Source: an uncultured Gemmataceae bacterium (GTDB lineage Bacteria; Planctomycetota; Planctomycetia; Gemmatales; Gemmataceae). From it: a stretch of DNA of 64,000 nt. The notes under the pieces are model-generated. The model had not been told where the DNA came from. It worked only from the letters and a program-made list of their open reading frames with translations, and made no database searches. The translations under genes were made by a program, and so were the position numbers. Where the stretch lies: NCBI GenBank assembly GCA_963750165.1, contig CAVVPN010000012.1, forward strand, positions 1,056,001-1,120,000, given 5' to 3'. Shown here in pieces: positions 1 to 11,012 of the stretch; the first letter of the stretch is position 1; the number at the start of each line of letters is the position of its first letter.

Positions 1-925
1 CGTCGCCGCCTCCCAGCTGTGGGTGGCGCCGTCGCTGTCGGCGACGAAGAGGCGGCGGCTGTCCGGCGTGAAGGTCACCTGGCCCGGACAGCCGAAATGC
101 CCGGTGACGCGCGTCAGGCGCTTGCCCGTGGCGACCTCCCAGACATCGAGGTGCTTGAAGTAGTTGCCGAGCGCTGCGAGCAGCTTGCCGTCCGGCGAGA
201 AGGCGGCGGAGGCGTAGGTGCCCTGGTCCTGGTTGTCGCCGAACTCGGTCAGGCGCTTGCCGGTGGTGGCGTCGTAGAGGACCACCAGGCTTTTCAGCGC
301 GGCCACAGCCAGCGCTTTGCCGTCCGGGGTGAAGGTGATGAAGGGGTAATAGCTGGTGTGCCGTTCGCAGGGCAGCGACCGCAGCAGCTTGCCCGTGGCG
401 ACCTCGTACAGTTCCACCGCGCCGTCGCTCTTGAGCAGGGCCAGGCGCTGGCCGTCGGGCGCGAACCGCACCATGCGCAGGTTCAGATAGTGCGCTTGTT
501 TGATCTCGAAGCACTCCTTGCCCGAGGGCACGTCGCGCACGCGGCAGGTGCCGACATTGTTGATTTCCGCCACGTGAACGCCGCCGGGCGACAGGACCGC
601 GGTGGTGAAGGGTGACGGCTCCGTTTTCGGGTTGTCCTTCAGGGCGGGCAGCGTATGCAGTTCCTTCCCGGTGAGGACGTCCCACACCTGGACGGCAGTG
701 CGGTTGGCCGTGACGATCTTCTGGCCGTCGGCCGAGAACGCCAGGGCCGCGAGCTGACCGCCGGCGCAGGCGAACGGTGCCGATGCGCAGCAGTGCCCCC
801 TTCGGGAGCGGGTCGCCGTGATAGTCGAACCCCGGTTTGGGGCCTGCGGTTTGACCGTGGGCAGGGCCGGCCGCCCACGACAGCGTCAGTGCCCCCAGGA
901 ACGTCGCCAACAGGAACCGCAACAT
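1..925 (-). CDS. WD40-repeat protein with signal peptide; runs off the window; apparent frameshift at ~765
   Basis: Manual minus-strand translation from ATG at 925: MLRFLLATFLG...DYHGDPLPKGALLRIGTVRLR, then in another frame GGQLAALAFSADGQ...FAPDGQRLA...FSPDGKLLA...VWEVATGK (typical planctomycete WD40 N-terminus and repeats). The + strand ORF 19..615 is its antisense shadow. Confidence 0.85.
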   Translation of the reverse strand, partial: MLRFLLATFLGALTLSWAAGPAHGQTAGPKPGFDYHGDPLPKGALLRIGTVRLRRRSARGPGVLGRRPEDRHGQPHCRPGVGRPHREGTAYAARPEGQPENGAVTLHHRGPVARRRSRGGNQQCRHLPRARRALGQGVLRDQTSALSEPAHGAVRARRPAPGPAQERRRGGTVRGRHGQAAAVAALRTAHQLLPLHHLHPGRQSAGCGRAEKPGGPLRRHHRQAPDRVRRQPGPGHLRLRRLLAGRQAARSARQLLQAPRCLGGRHGQAPDARHRAFRLSGPGDLHAGQPPPLRRRQRRRHPQLGGGD

Positions 926-1067
926 GATTGGGCCCTCACCGCGTCTTGATGGTTCCAGAAGCCCCGCACCTGGCACGCCGCCAGTGGGTCTGATTTCTCC
1001 CCTAACGAACGTTCGGGATCGATCAACTTGCGCGGCGGGTCAGTCGGACGGCACAACCTGTCATCGG

Positions 1068-1770
1068 TTATTCCAGGTAGGCACGCCGGGTGGCCTCACT
1101 GTAGGTGCCCTCCAGGTCGATCAGGAGGGAGCGCTCGGCGGTCAAGGCCAGTGGCAAGGTGGGCAACGGTTCGCCGACCGTCAGCGTCCGATACCAGCCG
1201 TCCAGAAACTGACCGCCTTCGGGAGTGGGGCCGCCCGCGTTCCAGCTCACGGCCTGGGGCGGTAGTCCGACCGGGAACTGACATTCCACCTCGGCCGCCA
1301 TCGCTTCAATGAACGAATAGCCCAGCGGCCGGCGGTGAACGTCGATCAGCATCAGGTGGACGCCGGACCACAGGTAGCTCAGGTAGCGGTTGCGGTAGAA
1401 CTCGCGGGAGGAGGCGCGGTCCTTGTTGCGCGGCGACACCAGTTCGATGGCCGCGACGAGTTGGCCCTCGCGAAAGATGTGGACGGCCGGGCGCGGTTCC
1501 GGGTGGAGCAAGGCCACGGTCTTGAAGTCAGGTTGCTGCGGTTCGACCAGTGCCTCGGACGGTGCTGCGGTTTCCTCCCCGCGCCTGCCAGGTGCGGACG
1601 CCCAGATCGGGCCGACCCGGTTCAGCGCCGATGCTCAGCCCGGGAACGGAGCCCAGGTACGCCCGGTAGCCCGGCGGCAAGCGATCCTGCGCCCAGAACA
1701 GCAAGGCGTTGATCCACAGCTGGTGGACGCTGTCCCAGCCACGGTCGTCGGTCCAGTCGTGTAGCGGCAT
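1068..1770 (-). CDS. DUF4058 family protein, split by a frameshift at ~1580
   Basis: MPLHDWT...W...HQLWI N-terminus (1528..1770) and LVAAIELVSPRNKDR...LPLALT...IDLEGTY C-terminus (1068..1517); paralogous to 27486..28208. Confidence 0.8.
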
Positions 1771-1849
1771 GGTCGCACCTTTCTGATCGCCTCATTGTCC
1801 TCTGCCCGTCGCCGTCTGCAAGGCAGTCGCACTTTGAAGTTAGCGCCAC

Positions 1850-2029
1850 TGGCCAAGCGGTCGGCTCCTCAAAAACCAGGTCGCCGGGCCGGTCCGCCTC
1901 CACGGCCTTCCAACCTTTGCCCTGAAGGTAGGCCACGACGTTCGCCACATGCACCTGATCCAGCCGCGGATCGAGCCAGCGCCGGTAGATATCGCGGTCG
2001 TCGAGATGTCGGCGGTGATATTCTTTCAT
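1850..2029 (-). pseudogene. Short hypothetical gene fragment
   Basis: RBS-like GGGAGAAG then MKEYHRRHLDDRDIYRRWLDPRL...YLQGKGWK...LVFEEP; protein-like character is lost after ~1860. Confidence 0.35.
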
Positions 2030-2085
2030 GGTTCTTCTCCCTGGCCCAGTCGAGCCATGTCATGCAGTATCACTTTCTCCTTCTC

Positions 2086-2502
2086 TCATGAGGAGAGCGT
2101 CTGTAGCAGTTGACCGATCAACCCTGGCGATACGTCCGCCGGTCCCGACCCGACCACCAGCGCCAGCGCCTCGGCAAGCGCTCGCCCCTCAGCCAAAGCG
2201 ACGCCAGCAGCCGCCACCCCAACCGACCGACTCATCCCAGCGGAGCAGCATATTAGCACCGGCACGCTGCTTCTCAATAGCGCAGCGACCGCATCGACCA
2301 CCAAACGCAGAAGCCACGGCGGGTTCTCGCCACCATCGGACAACGGAAACCTGCAGCGGATTAGATCCCGCGGCAGGGTGGCAAACGGCTCACTGTCGGC
2401 CAGTTCCACCACTGCTTCGACGCCGACGGCGAGCACCGCGCGGGCGTCGCGCAGGTCGGCGGCGTTCCCGAGCCACAAGGAACGACCAGCGACCTTACGC
2501 AT
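2086..2502 (-). CDS. Dual-specificity protein phosphatase family protein
   Basis: LWLGNAAD...FPLSDG...VLICCSAGMSRS (CX5R P-loop); start moved to ATG at 2502. Confidence 0.85.
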   Translation of the reverse strand: MRKVAGRSLWLGNAADLRDARAVLAVGVEAVVELADSEPFATLPRDLIRCRFPLSDGGENPPWLLRLVVDAVAALLRSSVPVLICCSAGMSRSVGVAAAGVALAEGRALAEALALVVGSGPADVSPGLIGQLLQTLSS

Positions 2503-2570
2503 GAGCACCCCCCATTGTACCCTGGCAGCCGGCTGGCACACGACAGCGCTTCGCCTCGCCGATTTTGCGG

Positions 2571-3917
2571 TCAACCGCCCAGGACGCCCCGCACCGTCGC
2601 GATCAACTCCCGCGCCTGGCTCGCCGCCGGCGCCTCCGCGATGATACGCACAATCGGTTCGGTGTTGCTCGGCCGCACATGCACCCAGCGATCCGCCCAG
2701 TCCAGCCGCAGCCCATCGACGGTGTTGCTCTTCACGTCCGGCCAGCGCTGTTGCAGCTGCGCGAACGCCTGCGGCAGCCGCTCGCGCTGGACGGTGCCTT
2801 TGTCCTTGACGATCTCATAGCGCGGCAGTTCCGCGACGACGGCGCTGAGCGGTTTGCCTTCCTCCGCGAGCAAATTCAGGATCAAGCCCATACCGATGAA
2901 TGGGTCGCGCACCCAGCCGACGCGCGGGTCAATGACGCCGCCGTTGCCCTCACCGCCGATCACCGCCCCGACCTCACGCATCTTCTCGACGACGTTCGCC
3001 TCACCCACCGCCGACCGGTGACAGGCCACGCCGCAGCGCCCCGCGATGTCCTCGACCAGCCGCGACGTGGACATGTTGATGACCACTGGCCCGCGCTCCG
3101 AACGCAGCCGGAACAGCACCGCCAGCGCCAGCGTCAGTTCCTCGCCGATGTAGTGGCCGTGTTCGTCGATGAGCGCCAGCCGATCCGCATCCGGGTCCAG
3201 GACGAGGCCCAGTGCCGCACCGTTTGCCGCGACGCGCAGACAAACCTGGTGCAGGTTCGCCTCGACCGGCTCCGGTTCGTGCCTGAAGTAACCGTCCGCG
3301 TCGCCGCCCACGACCTCGACCTTGCAACCCAGCGACTCCAGTAACTGCCGTCCCAGCGGCCCGCCGGCGCCGCCGTTGGCGTCCAGCAACACCCGCAACT
3401 GCCGGCTGCGGATGCGCGGCACGTCCACCAGTTCCAGCACGCGCTCGCGGTGCAGCGGTGCGCCGAGGGGAGTGTCAAACACACAGCCGATGCGGTCCCA
3501 GGCGACCTGGCGGAACTGGCCGCCGTCGAAGAGCGCTTTGATCTGCTGCCCCTGCGCCGCGGTCAGCACCGCCCCGTCCGGGCCGAAGAGCTTGAGGCCG
3601 TTCCACGGCGCCGGGTTGTGGCTGGCGGTGATCTGCACGCCGCCGGCCGCTTTCAGCTCGCGCACCATCAGCCCGACCGTCGGCGTCGGCGCCACACCAA
3701 TGTCCTGGACCGTGGCACCACCGGCGAGCATCCCCGCCAGCACCGCGTGCCGTAGCATCACCCCGCTGGGCCGGCCGTCGCGGCTCAGCACGAACGTACC
3801 GCCCTCGGTCGCCGTCGCCAGTGCCTGCGCGAACCGCAGCACCGCCTCCGGCGTCAGGCCGGCGCCGACCACGCCGCGAATGCCCGACACGCTGACAATC
3901 AGTTCGTCGCTCGTCAT
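2571..3917 (-). CDS. glmM: Alpha-D-phosphohexomutase (phosphoglucosamine mutase or phosphomannomutase)
   Basis: SGIRG, TASHNP (catalytic Ser), DPDADR (metal loop), GGEGNGG and RPSNTEP motifs. The exact substrate cannot be resolved by eye. Confidence 0.8.
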   Translation of the reverse strand: MTSDELIVSVSGIRGVVGAGLTPEAVLRFAQALATATEGGTFVLSRDGRPSGVMLRHAVLAGMLAGGATVQDIGVAPTPTVGLMVRELKAAGGVQITASHNPAPWNGLKLFGPDGAVLTAAQGQQIKALFDGGQFRQVAWDRIGCVFDTPLGAPLHRERVLELVDVPRIRSRQLRVLLDANGGAGGPLGRQLLESLGCKVEVVGGDADGYFRHEPEPVEANLHQVCLRVAANGAALGLVLDPDADRLALIDEHGHYIGEELTLALAVLFRLRSERGPVVINMSTSRLVEDIAGRCGVACHRSAVGEANVVEKMREVGAVIGGEGNGGVIDPRVGWVRDPFIGMGLILNLLAEEGKPLSAVVAELPRYEIVKDKGTVQRERLPQAFAQLQQRWPDVKSNTVDGLRLDWADRWVHVRPSNTEPIVRIIAEAPAASQARELIATVRGVLGG

Positions 3918-3986
3918 GCCACCTTCTCCTGTCCGGCGGCACGTCAGCTGCTATTCAGCCTGACAGGCCCGGGGTTTCTATCATAC

Positions 3987-4037
3987 GTGGTGCAGGCGGC
4001 CCGCCTGCCGGTTCCGCAGGCGGGCCGCCTGCACCAC
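3987..4037. repeat. REP-like inverted doublet (22-bp perfect arms, GTGG foot)
   Basis: GTGGTGCAGGCGGCCCGCCTGC-cggttcc-GCAGGCGGGCCGCCTGCACCAC. Confidence 0.8.
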
Positions 4038-4061
4038 GACAAAACCAAAGGTGACTCCCCC

Positions 4062-5999
4062 ATGACCACCCAGGTGCGCGAACGGTCCGCCGAGCACGTG
4101 ACGCTGCTCAGCGACCAGGACATTTACCTCTTCAACGAGGGCAGTCACTTCCGCCTGTACAACCACCTCGGCGCCCATCCGTTGACGGTGGGCGGCGTCG
4201 CCGGCACCTACTTCGCCGTCTGGGCGCCCGGCGCCGAGCGCGTCGCCGTCATGGGCGACTTCAACGGCTGGAACCGCGATAGTCATCTGCTGCGGCCGCG
4301 CGGCAGCTCCGGCATCTGGGAGGGTTTTGTCCCCGGCATCGGCCGCGGCGCTACCTACAAGTATTACATCACCTCGCGCTTCCACGGCCACCGCGCCGAG
4401 AAGGCCGACCCGTTCGGCTGGTTCCATGAGGTGCCGCCGCGCACCGCCTCCGTCGTGTGGGACCTCACCTATGAATGGGGCGATGGCGTCTGGATGACGG
4501 AGCGCGGCCGTCACAATTCGCTGCACGCGCCGATCAGCATCTACGAGATGCACCTCGGTTCGTGGCGGCGCGTGCCGGACCAGGACAACCGCTGGCTGAG
4601 CTACCGCGAACTCGCCGCGCCGCTGGCTGATTACGTCCAGCGCCTCGGCTTCACGCACGTCGAGTTTCTGCCGTTCCTGGAGCACCCGTTCGCGCCGAGC
4701 TGGGGCTACCAGGTCACCGGCTACTTCTCGCCGACCAGCCGCTTCGGCACACCGCAAGATCTGATGTATTTGATCGACTATCTGCACCAGCAGGGCATCG
4801 GCGTCATCCTCGACTGGGTGCCGGCCCACTTCCCCTTCGACGGCCACGCCCTGAGCTACTTCGACGGCACGCACCTGTACGAGCACGCCAACCCGCTGCA
4901 GGGCCAGCACAAGGACTGGAACACCGCCATCTTCAACTTCGGCCGCCACGAGGTCGTCAGTTTCCTCATCAGCAATGCCCTGTTCTGGCTGGACAGGTAT
5001 CATCTCGACGGCCTGCGGGTCGATGCGGTGGCGTCGATGCTGTACCTGGACTACTCGCGCAAGGAGGGCGAGTGGGTCCCGAACCGCTTCGGCGGCCGCG
5101 AAAACCTGGAGGCCATCGATTTCCTGAAGCGCTTTAACCAGGAAGTGTATCGCTGCTACCCCGACGTGCAGATCAGCGCTGAGGAATCGACGTCCTGGCC
5201 GATGGTGTCGCGGCCGACGTACCTGGGTGGCCTCGGCTTCGGCCTGAAGTGGGATATGGGGTGGATGCACGACACGCTCCACTATTTCGAGCACGACTCG
5301 ATCCACCGCCGTTTTCACCATCAGGAGTTGACGTTTCGCATGCTGTACGCCTTTAACGAGAACTACATTCTGCCGCTGTCGCACGACGAGGTGGTGCATG
5401 GCAAGCGGTCGCTGCTGAGCAAGATGCCGGGCGACTACTGGCAGAAGTTCGCGAACCTACGGCTGCTGTTCGGCTACATGTGGGCGCAGCCGGGCAAGAA
5501 GCTGCTGTACATGGGCGGCGAGTTCGGTCAGTGGATCGAGTGGCAGCACGACCAGAGCCTCGACTGGCACCTGCTGCAGTACGACGCGCACAAGGGCCTG
5601 AGCCGCTGGGTGAGCGACCTGAACCGGCTGTACCGCAGCGAGCCGGCCCTGCACGACCATGATTCCGATCAGGCCGGCTTCGAGTGGATCGACGCCAACG
5701 ACGCCGACCAGAGCATTTTCAGCTTCCTGCGCAAGTCGCGGCTCGGCGAGCGGGCCGTCGTGGTGGTGATGAACTGCACGCCGGTGGTGCGGGAGGGCTA
5801 TCGGCTGGGCGTGCCACACGGCGGCCGCTGGGTGGAGCTGCTCAATAGCGACGCGCAGATTTACTGCGGCAGCAACGTCGGTAACCTCGGCAGCGTCCTG
5901 GCGTTGCCGGACGGCTGGCACGGCCGGCCGGCGTCGTTGTTCCTGACGCTGCCGCCGTTGAGCATTCTGTTTCTGCAAGCCGAGGAACTGGTCCGATGA
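4062..5999 (+). CDS. glgB: 1,4-alpha-glucan branching enzyme
   Basis: [60 protein letters not shown]; start at ATG 4062. Confidence 0.97.
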   Translation: MTTQVRERSAEHVTLLSDQDIYLFNEGSHFRLYNHLGAHPLTVGGVAGTYFAVWAPGAERVAVMGDFNGWNRDSHLLRPRGSSGIWEGFVPGIGRGATYKYYITSRFHGHRAEKADPFGWFHEVPPRTASVVWDLTYEWGDGVWMTERGRHNSLHAPISIYEMHLGSWRRVPDQDNRWLSYRELAAPLADYVQRLGFTHVEFLPFLEHPFAPSWGYQVTGYFSPTSRFGTPQDLMYLIDYLHQQGIGVILDWVPAHFPFDGHALSYFDGTHLYEHANPLQGQHKDWNTAIFNFGRHEVVSFLISNALFWLDRYHLDGLRVDAVASMLYLDYSRKEGEWVPNRFGGRENLEAIDFLKRFNQEVYRCYPDVQISAEESTSWPMVSRPTYLGGLGFGLKWDMGWMHDTLHYFEHDSIHRRFHHQELTFRMLYAFNENYILPLSHDEVVHGKRSLLSKMPGDYWQKFANLRLLFGYMWAQPGKKLLYMGGEFGQWIEWQHDQSLDWHLLQYDAHKGLSRWVSDLNRLYRSEPALHDHDSDQAGFEWIDANDADQSIFSFLRKSRLGERAVVVVMNCTPVVREGYRLGVPHGGRWVELLNSDAQIYCGSNVGNLGSVLALPDGWHGRPASLFLTLPPLSILFLQAEELVR

Positions 6000-6100
6000 G
6001 CGCGGCCTGACACGCGGACCTCGGAGCGGTCCCGGTGGTGGACGACGGTGGTCGGAGTCGTGAGCGAGTTGCGCTCGGCGCGCTGGAAAAGAGTATCCCC

Positions 6101-7159
6101 ATGCCCAGCCGAAAACGCCTGAACCTGCTGGTCCGCAACTTCCACGAGAACGGCCTGAAATTCATGCTGGAGAACCCCGGCAACGTCCGCGACCTGCTGC
6201 AGCTGCTCGGCGTGGAGCTGCTGCCGCGGATCGACTTCGCGCGGATGCAGGTGGTGCCGGGCCGCTTCGTGCAGCGCGAATTCCGCCACGTCGAAGCGGA
6301 CCTCGTGCTACAGGCGCCGCTGCGGCCGGAGCCCGGCAGCGGCCAGCGCCGCATCCTCCTCTACATCCTCATCGAGCACCAGTCGGAGCTGGACCACCTC
6401 ATGCCGCTGCGGGTGCTGGAGTACGTGGTGCTGATCTACAAGCGCCAGCTGCGCCTGTGGGAGCGGCAGCACGGCAACCTCGACCACTGCCGGCTGCAGC
6501 CGGTGCTGCCGATCGTGCTGTACACGGGCACGCGCACGTGGGACCGGCTGGGCGGCGTCCGGGAACTGGTGGAACTGGGCGACGAACTGGCGGAGCGTGT
6601 CCCGGAGCTGCAGCCGCTGTTCCTGAACGTGGGCCAGACGAGCGCGGAGGCGCTGGCGCAGGGGGGACCGTTCGGGCTGCTGCTGCTGCTGCTGGCGCAG
6701 CAGCGGCGCGTGCGGCTGCCGGTCTTCGAGCAGACGCTGCGCGAGGTGGTGCAGGGTCTGGAAGCGCTCGGGGAACAGGATCGGGCGCGCTGGCTGGAAC
6801 TGCTGTCGTTCATCGAGTCGCCGATTTATAATGAGCGGGAAGAATCGGAACGCGAGCCGTTGGTTGAAAAGGCGGCAGGCTCCGTGCAGAACGACGCCCG
6901 CCGTCAGGAGGTGATTGACATGGGCCGGACGATTGCGGATGCCCTCCGAGATGAGGGGAGAGAAGAAGGGCGGCAGGAGGGAGAATTGCGGACCCAGCGC
7001 CGATTGTTGGTGCGCATGCTGCGGAACAAGTTCGGCAGGATTCCCGCCGCAGTGGTGAGGCGCATCGAGGCGACGGAACGGCTCGCTCTGCTCGATCAGT
7101 GGTTCGATCAGGCGACGACCGCCAACACGCTCAACGAGGTCAATTTCAACGCCGAATGA
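6101..7159 (+). CDS. Rpn family recombination-promoting nuclease / putative transposase (PD-(D/E)XK)
   Basis: EADLVL...YILIEHQS...MPLRVLEY...PVLPIVLYTG; C-terminal EGREEGRQEG...LRNKFG tail. Confidence 0.85.
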   Translation: MPSRKRLNLLVRNFHENGLKFMLENPGNVRDLLQLLGVELLPRIDFARMQVVPGRFVQREFRHVEADLVLQAPLRPEPGSGQRRILLYILIEHQSELDHLMPLRVLEYVVLIYKRQLRLWERQHGNLDHCRLQPVLPIVLYTGTRTWDRLGGVRELVELGDELAERVPELQPLFLNVGQTSAEALAQGGPFGLLLLLLAQQRRVRLPVFEQTLREVVQGLEALGEQDRARWLELLSFIESPIYNEREESEREPLVEKAAGSVQNDARRQEVIDMGRTIADALRDEGREEGRQEGELRTQRRLLVRMLRNKFGRIPAAVVRRIEATERLALLDQWFDQATTANTLNEVNFNAE

Positions 7160-7227
7160 GTTTGCGTACCCAGGCTCTCCGCTGCGGTCACCGTCTTCGG
7201 CTCCAAGTCGTCCCCAAGGAAGAACCC

Positions 7228-9345
7228 ATGAAACGTTTCGCAGTCCTCGTCTGTCTGCTGGTCCTGGCGGCGCCGGCCGCGGCGCAACCGGCCAAGCGGC
7301 CGATGCAGATCGACGACCTCTTCAAGTTCAAGCGCGTCGCCGACCCGCAGGTCAGCCCCGACGGCAAGTGGGTCGCCTACACCGTCGCCACCGTGGACGA
7401 CGTCAGCAAGAACAAAATCTCGTCCGTCCTGTGGCTGGCGTCCACCGACGGCAAGACGCGCAAGCAGCTGACCAGCACCACGAAGAAGGACCGTCAGCCG
7501 CGCTGGGCGCCGGATGGCAAGGCGATCCTGTTCGTGTCCACGCGCTCCGGCACGCCGCAGTTGTGGCTCATCGCCCTCGACGGCGGCGAGGCCCGCCAGC
7601 TCACGCACGTCAGCACCGGCGTCTCGGACCCGACCTGGGCGCGCGACGGCAAACGCCTGGCGTTCGTCTCGGCGGTGTGGCCGGAGTATTCAGGCAAGCC
7701 GTTCAAGGAGAGCGACGCGGCCAACAAGAAACGCATGGCCGAGCAGGAGGCGGGGCCGGTCAAGGCGAAGGTGTTCACGCGGCTGTTCTACCGCCACTGG
7801 GACGACTACGTCGAGGACAAACGGCAGCACCTGTTCGTCTGCGACTTCGCCGAGGGCAAGGCCGGCGAGCCGCGCGACGTCACGCCCGGCGACTACGATG
7901 CGTTTCCCACCTCGACGACGTTCTCGTCGAGCGTCGATTACACCTTCAGCCCGGACGGCAGCCATTTGCTCTTCACGGCGCCGCCGAAGACCAACGCGGC
8001 GTGGAGCACCAACTACGACATCTGGCGCGTGGCGGTCGATGGCAAGGGCAAGCCGGAGAACCTGACCGGGAAGAACAAGGCGGCGGACAGCGGGCCGCAG
8101 TTTTCGCCGGACGGCAAGAAGCTGGCGTACCGGGCGCAACACCGAGCGGGATTCGAGGCCGACAGTTGGAGCCTGATGATCGTCAAGGTGGACCCGTCCG
8201 GCGCGTTCCAGGGCGAGCCGGAGGATGCCTTTATCGGAATCGCTTATTCCGCGGAGGAATTCGTCTGGATCGCCAACGACCTGATCGAGTTCACGTCGGA
8301 CCTGGAAGGCCGTGTAGAGATGGCCCTGCTGTCCTGGAACCGGGGCAACTTCGGGTTCAGCCCGCCCTCGAAGCACGGGGGCACCAGCGCATCGCTCTCC
8401 TGCGCCCCCAGGGCAGGGACCGTCGTCTGGACGCAGTCCACCCTGGGCCACCCGCCGAAGATCATGGTGACGGGCGAGGAAGCCAAATCGGACGGCCCTC
8501 GTGATCTGAGCGAGGACAATACCAAGCTCCTCGCAGAACTGGACCTGCCGCGCCCCGAAAGCGTTAAGGTGAAGGGGGCGGGCGGGACGCCGGTGCAGAT
8601 GTGGATCCTCAAGCCGCCCGGCTTCGACGCCAAGAAGAAATGGCCCGTCGTCTTCCTCGTTCACGGCGGCCCGCAAGGCGCCTGGCACAACGGCTGGAGC
8701 TACCGCTGGAACCCGCAGCTGTGGGCCGCCCAGGGCTACGTCGTGGCGCTGCCGAACCCGCGCGGCTCGACCGGCTTCGGCCAGAAGTTCGTCGATGAGA
8801 TCAGCGGCGACTGGGGCGGCAAGTGCTACGACGACCTCATGAAGTGCGTCGATTACCTCGAAGCGCTGCCGTATGTCGATAAGGACCGCATCGGCGCCGC
8901 GGGGGCGTCGTTCGGCGGCTACATGATGAACTGGTTCGCGGTCAACACCGGCCGCTTCAAGTGCCTCATCACGCACTGCAGCGTCTGGAACTTCGAGAGC
9001 ATGTACGCGACGACCGATGAACTCTGGTTCGACGAGTGGGAGCATGGCGGCCCGCCCTGGGGCAAGAACCGCGCCGCCTATGAGAAGCACTCGCCGCACC
9101 GCCTCGCCGCCAACCTGAAGAAGTTCAAGACGCCGATGCTCGTCATCCACAACGACCTCGACTTCCGCTGCCCCATCGGCCAGGGCCACGAGCTGTTCAC
9201 GACGCTGCAGCGCCTCGGCGTGCCGTCGCGCATGGTCAACTTCCCCGACGAGGGCCACTGGGTCCTCAAGCCCGCGAACAGCAGGTACTGGCACCGCGAG
9301 GTCTTCGCCTGGCTGAAGAAACATGTGCCGCCGGGCGGTCGCTGA
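7228..9345 (+). CDS. S9 family peptidase (dipeptidyl/acylaminoacyl peptidase), secreted
   Basis: Signal peptide MKRFAVLVCLLVLAAPAAA; PD40 propeller repeats; HGGPQG, GASFGGY nucleophile, DFRC, FPDEGHW. Confidence 0.95.
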   Translation: MKRFAVLVCLLVLAAPAAAQPAKRPMQIDDLFKFKRVADPQVSPDGKWVAYTVATVDDVSKNKISSVLWLASTDGKTRKQLTSTTKKDRQPRWAPDGKAILFVSTRSGTPQLWLIALDGGEARQLTHVSTGVSDPTWARDGKRLAFVSAVWPEYSGKPFKESDAANKKRMAEQEAGPVKAKVFTRLFYRHWDDYVEDKRQHLFVCDFAEGKAGEPRDVTPGDYDAFPTSTTFSSSVDYTFSPDGSHLLFTAPPKTNAAWSTNYDIWRVAVDGKGKPENLTGKNKAADSGPQFSPDGKKLAYRAQHRAGFEADSWSLMIVKVDPSGAFQGEPEDAFIGIAYSAEEFVWIANDLIEFTSDLEGRVEMALLSWNRGNFGFSPPSKHGGTSASLSCAPRAGTVVWTQSTLGHPPKIMVTGEEAKSDGPRDLSEDNTKLLAELDLPRPESVKVKGAGGTPVQMWILKPPGFDAKKKWPVVFLVHGGPQGAWHNGWSYRWNPQLWAAQGYVVALPNPRGSTGFGQKFVDEISGDWGGKCYDDLMKCVDYLEALPYVDKDRIGAAGASFGGYMMNWFAVNTGRFKCLITHCSVWNFESMYATTDELWFDEWEHGGPPWGKNRAAYEKHSPHRLAANLKKFKTPMLVIHNDLDFRCPIGQGHELFTTLQRLGVPSRMVNFPDEGHWVLKPANSRYWHREVFAWLKKHVPPGGR

Positions 9346-9355
9346 CCCGGAAGGA

Positions 9356-9431
9356 TTCACCACAAAGACACGAAGAACACAAAGGAAGACAAACAGGTCT
9401 TCCTTTGTGTTCTTTGTGTCTTTGTGGTGAA
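9356..9431. repeat. 35-bp-arm inverted repeat built from ~9-bp ACACAAAG-type units (REP-like, possible terminator)
   Basis: TTCACCACAAAGACACGAAGAACACAAAGGAAGAC-aaacag-GTCTTCCTTTGTGTTCTTTGTGTCTTTGTGGTGAA, one G.U mismatch. Confidence 0.8.
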
Positions 9432-9611
9432 CCCTCCCCGTAAAATCGCTACGATTCGCAACAATTGTTTGAAAAAGGCCGAATTTGCTGCATTTTGCGC
9501 GTGCGAAGCGTGTGTCCCCTCTGGTATGCTTCCCCCAACGAATGTGCATTGCGCGCCGGACTTGCGTTGAGTGCGGCCGCAGTGAGCCGCCCAAGCAAGG
9601 GGGATTCACGC

Positions 9612-10043
9612 ATGGCTGACTGGAAAAAACTCGCCCTCGACGCCATCCTGGCCGACGGCACCATCGACGAGAATGAGGTCAAAATCCTCAAAAAAGAACT
9701 CTACGCCGACGGCAAGATCGACAAGCAGGAGTTCGCCTTCCTCGTGGAGCTGCGCGAGGCCGCCCACAAGAAGGCCAAGGGCGCCGACCTGCATCCGAAG
9801 TTCGAAGCGCTGTTCTTCGATGTCGTCCAGCAGCGCATCCTGAGCGAGGCTGGCGTGCTGAGCAAGGACGCCGTCACGGTGCTGCGGCAGGTGATCTTCG
9901 CCGACAAGAAGGTGGATGAGAGCGAGAAGAAGTTTTTGACCAAACTCAAGAAGGCCGTGACCAAGCAGAACGCGGAGTTCGACAAGCTGTGCGCCGAGTG
10001 CCTCGGCCAACCCGCCCCCAAGCCGGCTGCCGCGGCCAAGTGA
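9612..10043 (+). CDS. TerB-like (tellurite resistance fold) protein
   Basis: Three ADG.ID..E-type repeats (LADGTIDENE, YADGKIDKQE, FADKKVDESE); start at ATG 9612. Confidence 0.65.
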   Translation: MADWKKLALDAILADGTIDENEVKILKKELYADGKIDKQEFAFLVELREAAHKKAKGADLHPKFEALFFDVVQQRILSEAGVLSKDAVTVLRQVIFADKKVDESEKKFLTKLKKAVTKQNAEFDKLCAECLGQPAPKPAAAAK

Positions 10044-10094
10044 ACACCTCGTCGGCCGCCCCGGGAAAAATCGGGACTTTCCCGGGGCCAACGG

Positions 10095-11009
10095 TCATTT
10101 CGCGAACAGCGCCTCCACGTAAGCGTCCGGGTCGAACAGCTCCAGGTCGTCCAGCTGCTCGCCGACGCCGACGAACTTCACCGGCAGGTCCAGCTTCTGC
10201 TTGACGCCGAAGATGGCTCCGCCCTTGGCCGTGCCGTCCAGCTTCGACAGAATGATGCCCGTACACTGGACGGTCTTCTTGAACATCTCCGCCTGCACGA
10301 TCGCGTTCTGCCCACTGGTCGCGTCCAGCACCAGCAGCACCTCGTGCGGCGCCCCGTCGATCTGCTTGGCAACGATGCGGCGGATTTTCTCCAGTTCCTT
10401 CATCAGGTGCGTCTGTGTGTGCAGCCGGCCGGCCGTGTCCACGATGAGCACGTCGAAGCCGCGCGCCTTCGCCTTCTCGCAGGCGTCGTGAGCCACGCTC
10501 GCCGGGTCGCTGCCCTGCTGGCTCTTGACAATGTCGCAGCCGAGCCGCTCGCTCCAGATGGTCAGTTGCTCGACCGCCGCGGCGCGGAAGGTGTCGCAGG
10601 CCGCTACCATGATCTTCTTGCCGTCCGCCTTGAGCCGGTAAGCCAGCTTGGCGATGGACGTGGTCTTGCCGCTGCCATTGACGCCCGCGACCATCACCAC
10701 CGTCGGCCCGCTCGCGGCGTATGCAATCCCCTGCGACGGCGCCGTCAGCAGTTCCTTCAGCTGGTCCTTGACGAACACCTCCACGTCGCCGGTGATCTCG
10801 CGGTCCTGGAACGCCTGGCGCACGCGGTCCACGATGGTCGTTGTCGCCACGGTGCCCACGTCCGCCAGGTACAGACGCTTTTCCAGCTCGTCCAGGAAAT
10901 GGCGGTCCACGCGGCCCTTGAACGAGAACAGCTCCGCGATGCCGCTGAACAGGCTGCGCGTCTTGGACAGGCCCTGCTTTAGCTTGTTGTAAAGGGCGCG
11001 AAAGACCAT
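10095..11009 (-). CDS. ftsY: Signal recognition particle receptor FtsY
   Basis: GVNGSGKTT, DTFRAAA, DTAGRL, KLDGTAKGG, GVGE. Confidence 0.97.
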   Translation of the reverse strand: MVFRALYNKLKQGLSKTRSLFSGIAELFSFKGRVDRHFLDELEKRLYLADVGTVATTTIVDRVRQAFQDREITGDVEVFVKDQLKELLTAPSQGIAYAASGPTVVMVAGVNGSGKTTSIAKLAYRLKADGKKIMVAACDTFRAAAVEQLTIWSERLGCDIVKSQQGSDPASVAHDACEKAKARGFDVLIVDTAGRLHTQTHLMKELEKIRRIVAKQIDGAPHEVLLVLDATSGQNAIVQAEMFKKTVQCTGIILSKLDGTAKGGAIFGVKQKLDLPVKFVGVGEQLDDLELFDPDAYVEALFAK

Positions 11010-11012
11010 CGG

